This document shows, in pieces, positions 11,622-24,200 of a stretch of DNA of 64,000 nt. The DNA is taken from the NCBI GenBank assembly GCA_052426225.1, contig JBNJNM010000012.1:2460971-2524970 (forward strand), in the 5' to 3' direction. Position 1 is the stretch's first letter. Every line of letters starts with the position of its first letter. Under the pieces are notes generated by a model that did no database searches, had not been told where the DNA came from, and saw nothing but the letters and a program-made list of their open reading frames with translations. The stretch comes from Zancudomyces culisetae HAW-14-8 (lineage: Eukaryota > Fungi > Kickxellomycota). The position numbers were made by a program, and so were the translations under genes.

Positions 11622-12658
11622 ATGAATGATTTTAAAAAGTACCAATCAAGCAAAGGAAGAGGCATGAGAGAGGAAACACCCTCCAAGCCAACATTTGCCG
11701 ACGCTAACGAATCTGATGAGGAGGTAGATGCAATCAAAACCAGAATATATGAAACCAAACAGGACAGTTTGAGATCAACCAGAAATGCACTCAGACAGGT
11801 TAGAGAAACGGAGGGTACGGCCGCAAAGACCATGGTAAAGTTGGGGGAGCAGTCAGGTCAGTAGAGTTTCCACTACCTTTATTGTATTTCCGTCATATCG
11901 GTTTATTTATATTTTGCAAGGGTCCAAACGGCTCTTCTAGTTTTCTTTAGCTGGCTTGCAGAATTACTTTATTCAAGCTATTCTTGAGAGAGTTTGCCGC
12001 ACTAAACTTCACTACATTAAACCATCATTGCTTTAATATTTTACTCTTACCTTTATCATTCGATGATATATTATCCTTGTATTTTAGAACATAAAGTAAC
12101 ACCATAAATATTATTTTATATAAAATAGCTCAACTTAATAAGATTGACAAAACAGTTGAACTCACAAACGTACATGCACAGGACTCGATCGAAAAGACTA
12201 ACAAGCTGAAGACCCTTAACAAGTCTATTTTTGCAATCAGCATAGGTAACCCATTCTCTAACAAGAAAAAGCGCCAAGAAGAGCTCGAAAAAGCTAAGCT
12301 TGCTCATGAAAAGAGTGTAGAAGAAAATGAGAGAATAAGAAAACAGAATTACGACTCCAAGAAACGAGTTGAAGGTGTCACAAAGGAGGCAGGAAGATTT
12401 GCCTCTGGAAACTCCAAACTTTCTGCTGAGGATAGGGCAAGATACACCTTCGAAGATGAAGATCCTGATATGGAGGACGAAATAAACGAAAATCTTAACG
12501 AGATCGGTGATGCTGTCGGTGGCTTGAAGCGGATGGCTCTTGGAATGGGCGAAGAGCTAGAAGCACAAAACAAAACTCTTGACCGTGTTCAGAAGCGTAC
12601 AGATGATACTTCTGCCAAGATTGCTGTTTCACAACACGTGCTCCGAAAGATCAAATAA
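11622..12658 (+). CDS. SEC9: Sec9/SNAP-25 family Qbc-SNARE, two exons, 254 aa
   Basis: Exons 11622-11856 and 12129-12658 (GT-AG). First SNARE motif KQDSLRSTRNALR...KLGEQSAQLNKID, Sec9 signature LKTLNKSIFAISIGNPF, second SNARE motif MEDEINENLNEIGDAVGGLKRMALGMGEELEAQN. Confidence 0.9.
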
Positions 12659-14122
12659 GCCTATGCGCTTGTTTTATCCTCCAAATGGCTTTAACAAGTG
12701 TAGATTGGTGTTTTGTAATTTATTTTTCGTAATCTTTTTTTTTCTCAAGATTTGCAACACCATTCAGCCGCTGTTAACTATTTATTACACCTTTACTATT
12801 ACTTTTTTTTATTTTTTTTTGTCTTTACAGAATAATGTTTTATAATTATGTTATAGTTGAGAAAAAAGCGTAAGGAAATGGTGCTAGATTAAATAACAAG
12901 GAACACTGCAGCAACCGAGTATTGTGAACTTCATGTTCTTCTTCTATTTCTCTTTACCATCGTTTTTTGTGGATTTGGTACGCTATTGATGTTTTATGTG
13001 AAGTGTGAAATGTTAGAAGTGAAACACAGGACCCATGGACATTATGAGTTTGAAAAGCACAAAAGTTGTATGTATCACAAATTGTACTTTCACCATGATG
13101 TGTACATATGTATGAATTAGTACTTTCTGTTAGCAACCCTAAAATTCAATCCTGTATGACGATGGTTCACTAGCTAAATGGGGGCGGGTTTACAAGGGGG
13201 GAGTTCGTTTGGTGTTGACTGTATTGGTAATTCCACAACTGCTATTGGACATTATTTTAGACATGTGAAGCATAAAAACACAAAAATAGGAATGATCGAG
13301 AAAGGTTTGTTTTGTTGTTTTTTTTTGGGGGGGGGGTGTTACCTTATATTTACCCGTATTATTTTCCAACCCTTTTAAAAGTAAACCAACCGTCTAGTAT
13401 GGTAAAAGCACAGAAAGCGAAAAAATTCACCCACGCACACGTTTCCCGCCCCCAAATTTCCTCTCTAGCTTCGATCCAGCTAATTAAACATGGTACTTAA
13501 TGTTCTATTATTTATCAGTTTTATCACTAAACCGAGGGGAATTTGCTCATTTGCGCACCTATAGTTAAATCTTAATAAACACCAAGAAAAAAAAGATATT
13601 TTTGTTGGCCGAATGCTGGCATAAAGAAAAGACCGGGAATTTGATTTATAAAATGACAGTATTTTTGACCTGTATTCAACATTTCGTATGCCAATTTAAA
13701 GCACTCAAGAAACCCCCCCAAAAAAGTATTCCAGTATATCAATATTTTGGCCTAAGCGGATTATTAGCTTACAAACCAAGTTTTGTTTGTGTTAAAATAA
13801 AGAAAAGATGAACGAACTCTTTCTTTTTTAAATCTTGAAACAACCTTAAATATACAACACCCGAAGCAAACTACAATGTCTCACTAAGTATACAGTGTAT
13901 TGCAAATATTAGAATTTTAATATCTAGAGTTCAAAGAGTTTATTACACTTTAGTAGTCTGTTACCTAACAAAAATACTGATTGTGATAGTTGTGGGGTGG
14001 GTTGTCCGATATAATCAATACAAGATTTTCACTTTTCTCGATATATATATATATATATTACTAATTATACCTTTAAATTATTGAAAAACACACTTCGCTA
14101 GCTACAATAGTCGTAAAATAAG

Positions 14123-15133
14123 ATGGATCTGAAGAGCCTTATTTCTTTGCTGCTCTTTCAACTTTTTGTGGTAAATGGGGATCAGCAAGTAAAAAGAGAT
14201 AACTCCAGTGAATCAATCAGTAAATTCGACTTGACGTCCAACCAGCGGGTTGTTAATGGAGTGCCAGCCCTTATAAACGAGTTTCCCTACGCCGTTTTCA
14301 TATATATCGACTTGGGAAGTTCAGGCGAGGTTTGTACAGGATCATTAATCTCTGACTCTGTGGTTGTTACCGCAGCACACTGTCTATTAAAAGACTTGAA
14401 AGAGCCTTATTCACCATCAAAATTTCTTGTCAGCGCGGGAAGTATAAAAAGCATTGATACGAATACAAACAGATTCAAAGTAAAAGCAACATATTCTCAC
14501 CCAAAGTTTAATAAAAATTCTCTAGCGAATGACATTGGTTTACTTGTACTTTCATCACCCGTTCCCAGCAGTATTGCGACTCCAGTTTCAATTTATGACG
14601 ACGTTGTGGGGGATGGGATGAACGTTACTGCTGCGGGTTGGGGAGTTACTTCAAACAACGCCAATGCCAGCGCATCCAAGGTTTTAAATAAGGTTCCCCT
14701 CATTGTTTCCTCTTCTAGTACGTGTAAGACGCTTAACCCATTTTGGAAAAATAATAACGACTACAGTATATGTACAGTAAATGTTAAAAACCAGGATACG
14801 TGTTACGGAGATTCAGGTGGGCCACTGACATACATAGAAGACGGTGCTCATTTACTAGTTGGTCTGACAAGTATGGGGAATGCACCTGGAGATGATACAA
14901 CATCCTCGTTATGTGGAGTGAATGGCGGCGCAGCTTATTACACACACGTGTTTTATTTTATTGACTGGATATCCCAGACAACAGGGATCAAAAAGGAGGA
15001 TCTTTTGGATAAAACATCACGATCTAACCTTCAACCGCAGACTTCTGCTGCGACTCGGAAAGGATCACAAGTTTTCTTGCCTATTTCGTTCTCTTTATTA
15101 TTCATTGCTTTTACTTTACTGCTATTTATGTAG
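14123..15133 (+). CDS. Secreted, probably GPI-anchored trypsin-like serine protease (S1A)
   Basis: Signal peptide; activation site R-VVNG; triad motifs TAAHC, DIGLL, GDSGGP; Asp189 in QDTCYGDSGG; Ser/Thr spacer and hydrophobic C-terminal tail (VFLPISFSLLFIAFTLLLFM). Confidence 0.92.
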   Translation: MDLKSLISLLLFQLFVVNGDQQVKRDNSSESISKFDLTSNQRVVNGVPALINEFPYAVFIYIDLGSSGEVCTGSLISDSVVVTAAHCLLKDLKEPYSPSKFLVSAGSIKSIDTNTNRFKVKATYSHPKFNKNSLANDIGLLVLSSPVPSSIATPVSIYDDVVGDGMNVTAAGWGVTSNNANASASKVLNKVPLIVSSSSTCKTLNPFWKNNNDYSICTVNVKNQDTCYGDSGGPLTYIEDGAHLLVGLTSMGNAPGDDTTSSLCGVNGGAAYYTHVFYFIDWISQTTGIKKEDLLDKTSRSNLQPQTSAATRKGSQVFLPISFSLLFIAFTLLLFM

Positions 15134-15235
15134 GTATTAAGAGGATGTAGCTAATTGACAGAAAAATAGAACAAGTTACTTTTTTATAGACTTTTCTTTA
15201 TTATATTATATATTAGTAAACAAATAAATATGAAA

Positions 15236-18200
15236 CTATTTAGCCACTGAAAGAGCTACAACTTGCATACAGTCAAAGACAATGTTCAGCTCTATCGTGT
15301 TGATTCCAATACGCTCAACCAGTTCTGCCAACTTGTTATAAAATTTTACAGAAGCAGCTATATAGGTGTCATCGCTGGCTATGTCCTCAATCTCAATGTC
15401 AATTAGAGGCGCTGCAGCTCCTTTACTCCAAAGTTCCACATTGGAACCGTGTTGATCATTAAAACTTGTTATAGCTTTTATTGTTGCTTCTTTTGCGCAC
15501 CATAGCATTGTAAAGCCTGATGCGATAGAGGATTGAGTCTTGCAATACTCTATTTCCTTTTTAGTAAAGTTTCGGGTGATAAAGTTTTCATTTTCCACAT
15601 TTAGCGAGGATACTGGTTCAATATCAATACCAATACCACATATCTGCTTTTTATCAATGTTCTTTATAATTTTATCAAGTGCAAGAACTGTATTATTTAT
15701 AATCAAGTCATTGATAGATCCAGACTCGGGTTCGGTTATCTGGTCAAATCTGTTGAACGAATAAGTCTCAGATACCGGGTCAAACGAAACTCTAGCATTG
15801 GGATTCATATATACTAGCTCTTCCATTTCCTTGGAAAACGGAGGATCGGACTTTATTTTGACATGCTTTTTGAGCCCAGTTAAAGTGTTTTGGTAATATC
15901 TGTTAGCTTTGATCTGCCTTTGATTCCGTTTTTTCAAATATGACGCGTATTCGTGTCTATCTAGTGATGCTAGCAGATAATCTGGATGCACAACAATCAT
16001 TTCACCGCAATCTTTAGACTTTCCATATGATCTTAATATTCCTGCCTTAACCATGGGTCTCTTGTAGGATTCGTATGGGAAAAAAGTAAAGGTGTAGTCT
16101 TTATAATCGTTGGAAATGTTGTCAGAAATTCTATTCCCAGGAATGATCCCAGTGTTAATAGATTGGATAAGCCCAGTCAGCTCGATAACTGAAGATGCGC
16201 TTTTTGTGTGTCCAATAAGCCCCTTTTGTGAAACAACGGGGCAAATATTGCCAGGTGTTCTTCCCAAATAGTTAAACTGAATATCTGCTATTTTTAGCTC
16301 CATATGGTCCATACGACTTATTGAACTCGAATACATGCTAACAACATCGATATCATTAATATCCAACCCAAAACAAGATAGAGCCCCTCTAATAGGAGAA
16401 ATGGTTTTATCACTTCTCCAAAACTCATTTGTCCAGAAGCTTATTGCCTCTTTTCTTAATCTGTTTTCTTGATTTGATATGCTATTGATAACTTCTGTAA
16501 TCAAATCCAGCTTACTTTGTGAGGTATTGCTGCTCAAAAATAAATCTCTGTCAGATACGAGACCATTTGATCCAAAATTATCAGTTTGGAAATATTCATC
16601 AAATCCCGTAGATGTAATGTAAGAGTACTCTTCGGTTGCCCATTTTTTGATCTCCAAAAGTCTTTTTTCTAGCTGGTCTTTCCGATAGCTGATATCTAAA
16701 ATAGGGTTGGGCATATTTGTAATGGGATCACATTCACGAGAATTGGATAGTACTCCGTACCCAACATATTCCCTATAGGTAGCATAACTTGATGTGTTGG
16801 TCTGGCAAAAGGCAATTATTGCATATATTGGCACACCCATTTCTAGTGCAGTCCTGGCAGACATTAGAACCATAGTTGATGAGCCGATACTTTCAACAAA
16901 ACCATCGCTAGTATTTGTAAATGGCCGAAAATGATCTTTTACAGTTCTTCCCGCCTTTTGTTCTTTAGATGCCGTCACTAGCTCTTTATTAAGGAAAAGT
17001 TCGAGGTTCATTTCCTCGTCTACATCATCTTGACCCCCAGCAATCATCACCTTTGCCTTGCCCATCTGAATACTCTCAACAGCAATCGAAACAGATGCTA
17101 ATCCATTGGAATAGGATGTGCTTGGAATTTTTATAGGCCCGGCGGACGACAATAGCAGCAAGTTTATCCATCCCGACATTGATGAGGGAAATGTCTCTTG
17201 TAATATATCCTTTTGTACATCTTCGTCTCTTAGTCTCCCCAGACATGTTTCTAAAAATGACTCAACACCACCCACAAATGAGCCCACCGAATTTCCAACT
17301 TCAGTTAGATGTACGTATTTGTAGAATTCGTATGGATCCTCAATTCCAGCCCGCATTAACGAATCACATGTGGAAACTAGGGTCAGGAGAGTCAAATAAT
17401 CTACTTGGTTAATGGTATCTGTGTCTATCCCATATCTTTTTGCCGACCATCCCTTTGGAAGTAATCCTACAGTGTTAGAGTCGATTTTAGTTGCCTTGGG
17501 AAAGTACAGTTTTGCTCCGGGCAAGAACTGTACAGACCACGTTTCGTCACCATTGCTCCAAATCTTTACCTTATCTTCATTTCGCAGTTTAAAGTGTTCG
17601 GCTTCCACCTGTGTCGTAATTATCGGATGCATTTTTTCTTGGATTTCGATTTCCTGTATAGTGACTCGTTCATCTGGATTGTATCCACGCATTAACTCTG
17701 GGTCAATGTTTCTTATTCTGGAGTTTTGAACAATCTTCATCTCATAAATACTCCTAATTCTTTTCTCTTCAATTGGTTGTTTGGTTTCACAGTCTATCCA
17801 TCCATTATAATAGCGACCATCCTTTTGCTTTCCGTTGAAATATTCTATATATCCCATGATCCAAGCCAAGACAATGCAGCTTTCTGTAGATAAGTTTTCG
17901 TCAACTTCAAAATCCCATCTAGTTTCTGCAGTACCGTACGGAGTAACTTCACCATATCCAACTAAAACCACTGTTTTGTCCAGATCCAGCATATTCTTCA
18001 TGTAGTTTAGATTTTCAAGCTCATCATACGTTTTGGTTTTAGGAAATTCCAGCCAAAGCTTAGACTGTGGGATAGCTTGGGTGGTTTTATATAGACGTTC
18101 CACGTTTTCTCCCTCAATCATATTGAAATCAAATGAGGTTTCCGCAACAATTTTCTTTTGCAACGAGCTCTGAAACATTAAGTTGTTTCTAATCTTAACG

Positions 18201-21200
18201 CATCTATCATTAAAGTCCATCATAATCCCGAACCCACCGCTAATGTCAACATACATGGGGCCGCTGTTTGATACTTGTGACAATCGCGGATGCAAGAGAC
18301 CCATCACGTTAAGTGCAATCTCATCAGGCGAAAACGTCTTTCCTCCTTGTTTCTCCATTTCTTCCGCAACAATATCATTTTGGTTCATCAGTGATGTACC
18401 TCTTGCCCAACCCACAACTACACCAATTATATTTATGATTCCGCCCCATGATTCAGCTCTCCACTTATCAAATAACGTTTCAAGTCCGATTTTACTTTCG
18501 GCGTACAGACCATCGTATCCAAAGCCACCATGATTTAGTGATAATGGTACCACTACTCTGGTAGGTCTGAAAACACTATTTAGCTCGTTCTTATTCTTTA
18601 CAATTCTGCCAACCATCCTTATAATATTGATAAGCATTGTACGATGACTCAATTCCGAGTAGGAATCTATGCAAGTGATATCCCTATTTATTTCTGACAT
18701 CGCTGCAAACGGGATAAATAGATCCAAATCTAACCCAAGCCCTCCACTTGCCTTTGGTTTGTAAATAAAATCAACCAAGTTGTTAATATCAGTTTGTGAA
18801 GATTGATTAAACGGAACAACAGTTAGTGAAGATTTTTTAGACCCATGCTCCTTATAAACCTTTTCATACATCCTTATATTATCGTATTTGAAATTCGATG
18901 TTGTCGCAATGACGTTTGCACCAGATACTAGTAATGCCTTTACAAGAGATAAACCTATAGAATTCTTCCCACAACCTGTAACCAAAACGTTCTTACCACT
19001 ATATGAAATACCATGTTTTGAAATATCCAATATAGCAGCCATATACACTGAAGTCGAATCAGGGTCATAGTTCCATATTTCATGTGAAAACCTGGTTCGA
19101 AGGTGAAGAAACGGAATTCTGTCTTTTATGAGAATTTGTTTGGAAAATTGTTGAAAATCGTCAAACTCTCTCATATCTTTTTCAAGTTGACTAGTTTTAT
19201 CGGACTGATCAGTGTGTGCTTCCCTTTTTCTAGTTGCCAGTTCTGACAGCAAGGCTGAAATTCTATTAAGGTCCAATGTCTTTTCACCACCACCACTATT
19301 ACTATTTATAAAATCAAAAATTTCTTCAACCTTTAAGCCACTCGATATATCACTATCTTGGGTTCGACTAGCCAGATTAGGTATGCCCTTTACCATTGAT
19401 TTCAAATAATCAACACAGCTATTTACTCCGGCTCTTGGAGTTTCTGTATATTGAATTTCCCCCTTGTTGCTAACAGTTGTCCTTGGACCCACAAATTTCT
19501 CCAAACCCTTATACAATGGATCTAATTCAACATTTGCCTCGCAAACATTTACTAGATCCCTCAATAGCTCAATCTTTGCTGCCAACTCCTTATTTTCATG
19601 GGTTAGACTGTTTTCTTGTTTTAATATCTGCAATTTGTATTTTAAAAAGCCAACCAACTGAATGCTAGAACAGTTTACAAGATGTCTGAACTCGTCCATT
19701 AGAGTTTCCTTTATTTTTTCGCTATTCATTTCCACCATTCTATAGAAAAGCGAGTCTGCCCGTGCCAAAGACCAGTTCCAGTATGAGTCAAAGACTCTAA
19801 CTTTTTCTTCCTCAAAAATCGATTTTATTCCTTCAATAAACACCTCTCCCTGCTCACTAAGTAAATAATCAATCTGAGCTTGAACTTCACCCAGTTTGTT
19901 TGTTGTTTCCTCCAACGCTTCGTGGCTCTTGCTATAGCTTACACCGAAATAATCGTTCAAAGATTCAAGATGAGAATTCAATAATGTATCTTGCTTTTCC
20001 ACTAGACTGGTGAATTCTTTTGAATTTATTACTGTGGTACTTTTTCCTGCACTAGAAGACACACTTAGTTGAGAATATTGTATTCCAAATATTTTAGCAT
20101 ATTGATTGGCAACTATTTCCAACCACGAATTCATGTCCTTTTCATTTGCCAATCGGTTTTCAGGCTCAAATGTAGTTCCCAGCAAAAGCAAACAGTCAGC
20201 ACGCAATGGACCTAGTCCGTACTTTTTGTTTAGCATTTCCTTGATCTTGGGAATGGTAAATCCACCCGGCATCTTTGAGTTTACCAACTTTGACACCCTT
20301 ACAGATGAAAATGGTCCCAGTCCGCCAGAAGAGTTATTAAGTTGGCCAAAAAGCTCAATCAGTGGCATTTCCTCAGCCTTATCAGGTAGTTGATTTTGAA
20401 ACTCCTTTTGTAAATCACTGATTATTTCATTTTGCATTGCTGATTTGCCATTGACTAGGTCCTTAATAGATTTGGAATCGGAAATATCAATGTAACTTTT
20501 TTTCAGCTTTTGAGCAACTATAGAGGTAATGATTTCACGAGCTGTGATTTTTACATCTTCTATTTGTGCAGCTACTCCTTGAGATCTATGCCCATCGCCA
20601 GAACTGTTTTCGAGAGCAGGGCTGTAATGTAGATCAGCTGGTGTTGCTGTTGGTATTTCAGCTGGTTTGGTGACTTGTTCACTTGAACGAGACGTTGAAG
20701 TCTGTGTGTCTGCAGCTTCACTTTGTTTGTCGGTAGAGAGCTTTTTACTGGATATTGGAAGAGAGGCGTTTGATTCTTGAGGTTCGTTGGATTCATTTTG
20801 TCTGTTGGCGTGATAAATGAATTCTTTATCGCTAATACAATGTAGTATAGTACGCTGGATTCCCTCCAAATCGTCTTGATCCTTGAACTTGGCATGTATC
20901 GTTCTTGTTGCCATTCCAACCAACACGGAACTGGGCCCGACCTCAATAGCTTGTTCAATATTACAGTCTCCGAATATGGTATTTTGAGTTTCAATCCATT
21001 GAACAGGGCTGGCAAATTGATATGACAACAGTTCAACCAAAAGAATGTGGCCCAGTCGTTGTTTCTCATGTCGATCAGCCAAATGTGATTCGTCCCAATG
21101 ATCAATGACCTCTCTGAGGTGCGGTGAATGGATAGCACTGTAGACCATTTCAAAGTATGCTTTCGATACAGCAAACATCTTTCCTGTTACATTTGGAATA

Positions 21201-24200
21201 TATCTACGTTCTAGCTGTTCAACTACTACATTTTCCTTTGTGATTGATTTGTGTAGGAATTGTCGCATCAGTGGTACCCCCGACAATAGAAAAGAGGAAT
21301 GGAATGGCACATCAATCCCAGGAATAGGAATGGTACATTTGCTTCGAGTTAGGGATATATACCCATTGCTAGCATTGTACTTTTTATCAGATTTAGCAAT
21401 TATTTGGCAAATTGTCTTTTCTACAAATGCACTAAATTCTTGCATCATTTCTGTATCAACTATATCTTCAGACTCGGTATCATGACTTTTCTTAAATATA
21501 CCATTTAATTGTTCTTTCTGGTAAAATAGGACATCTGTTACCTGGGAAAATATGTCCAGTAATACCAGTTCACCAGCAATCACATACTGCCAGTTATAAA
21601 TGTTGTAGTTTACAATCTCCATTAAACCAGGTCTTTTTTCTTTGATCATATCAACAACCTTTTCAAACATCATTTCCATGAATTTTGAAGCTATTCGGCT
21701 TGGGTTGAAGGCAACCATTCCGTACTTACTGGCTCCCTCCTTATTGCGTTCTACAGATAACTGCATGGCCAATCCGCGATAAAACACCAGTTCAATCATT
21801 GTTTCTACTTTTACCATTCCACCCATAACCAACAATGCGCAGAATTCTCCAAGTGAATGGCCAGCAAATACAAGATCTTTGTGCACAAGGTTGTTGTTCA
21901 ACATATCCTGCGATGCCGCCATTGCAAAAAGCATAATTGAGGGCTGGGTAAACTGTGTTGCATTGAGAAGACCTGTTGGCGACCTGAATGTATAGCTTTC
22001 ACTGCGCTCGTTGATTTCTGGAAAAATACTTATATACTCGGATTCGCCCTGTTTATTGGTTATTTCGTATCTCATATTTATATACCTGGTTCTAATTTCC
22101 TTACCCCTTGAACCCCCAAAATATATAGTCTTTTCGCTTGGGTTCAGTCTGATTATCTCCAACAACGAGAATCCATATAGATCGTCCATATACTTGTCAA
22201 CCGAATTCCAGATTTCTTTCACAGCTTCCGAGCCGTTGTACAGATCCACACCCATATTAACCACTTGCGAACCTTGCCCCGTAAACAGGTAAGCTGTTTT
22301 TGGTGGATTTATTTCTGCAACACCCTCCAGTACTTTGTTGCCAATGCTGGTGAATGTTTCAATTTTGATTATTTTTCGTCCATTGCGCATGCCTACATGT
22401 GTTAATTTGGTTTCTAAGGTGTCTCCTGGTAAGACCATGTCCAAAAAGTTCACTTCGTACACTGCTACTCGTTCTGGATGGCCCTCTGCAGCGCATGTTT
22501 CCACAACTCTTCTGGTCGCAGCTGAAGTCCACATTCCATGAACAATTGTTCCAGGAAGTCCACTAAGATTGGCAAAGAAGATGTTTGTGTGAATAGGATT
22601 GAGATCGGCTGTAACCAGTGCGAATTCCTTATTTGAAATCCGAGTGTGGCTGATTGCCAAATGTCTCAAATCTTTAGGAATTGCTGAATATCCTCCATCT
22701 TCAAAATATTGTGGTTCGTCAAACGGCTCTCCGTTTCGCTCTAGATATGCCAGTACAGGATTACCATATGCATGTCCGCTTTCATAATCTACACATCCAA
22801 CCTCAACAGGAAGGGTGTTTTGAGATAAGACCTCGACCGATCCAACGGTTTTTACGCTGCTAAACTCCTTGATGCCTTTATATCTCACACTACTAACCAA
22901 ATTAAAGACAAGTACTGAACCAACTTGAACCAACCGATCATAGTTTTCTCCGGCTATTAACCATTCTTTACTTTGCAACACCTTCAAATCCTCTTCTGTG
23001 TTTAGCGATATTTTTGCCTTGGTTTCGTCTTTTATGCTAAAAGTATTTTGGTAGTCATTGAATTTACCTCTGAACAGCGAGCTTGTAACAACTTTGTAAT
23101 GGGGTACTCCGTCTTTCATTAAAATTCCCTCGGAGGTTGTCATCTTCCCCATTGGGCTGTTTGTAACTGATAGTAATCTTGCAGTAGCACTTAAATTATC
23201 GCTGGTTTTGAGCAGTTGGTAATCACAAAGTGATTCCAGTTTTACCGAGTAGTGTACAATGTCAAGCATGTTTGCATCTGCGCAATTGTGTGATGCAGTA
23301 CAAATTGCTCCCCACAGAATACTGAATACAAAATCCATCGGAATATATGAATAGCCTTCTATGTTGTTGTATACATACTGATGCGATATATTATCCACCA
23401 CTTGACAGAACTTGGCTACATCTTTTGGGCTAACAATAACACTATTTTGAATCACAGTTCTTTCTCCAGTCTCGTCAACGTGCATGGTATATTGCTCCGG
23501 ATGATGCACCCATAGCTGTTTATAAAATTCGCTCACCCGTGAATTCCTCTCGTTTACAATTTCATGAATTAGAGCGTATGGGGTCTCTGGTTTATATGAA
23601 AACTTGAAAAAAACACTATAAGTATTAGCGTTTGGCTTGTCGTTCATAGTGATTGTGATTGTTTTATCCTTACATTCATACAATATCTTTATACTTTTGA
23701 AATGATGTTCATTTTCAACACACAGCTCCGTAGGATATCCACTATCATCAAAGTGTATCGTGGTTGTGGTTTTGGGAATAGGGGCTAGTGTAGATCTAAT
23801 ATTATTTTCTGTAACGTCTTCTCCCCTAACTATTGACCGCGAAAAGAGCAAAGCAGACAGCCACGACTGCTTGCCACCACAAAAAACGCTATACCACTCG
23901 TCACTTGTAGGCAAACGATCTGTATCATCCTGAAGTAGTTTAAATGTCTTTTTATTTGCCATCGAAACACACTCAATCGTGCCCGGAAGAGTTTTAGTTG
24001 TGTTTACACCAATCTCAACTGAGTATTCGATCTCAGGTACTCTGGTTTCATCACCTTCGTACATTGTATCCAAAAGAGAACGAATGTGACTTTGATTGAT
24101 ACCATTCAAGATATCAGAAACTGGTTCATCAACCACGTTTGCATACGAAACGGCCACTGGTCCCTGTAAAATGCATACTTTCTGTGCATCTTGACCCACT

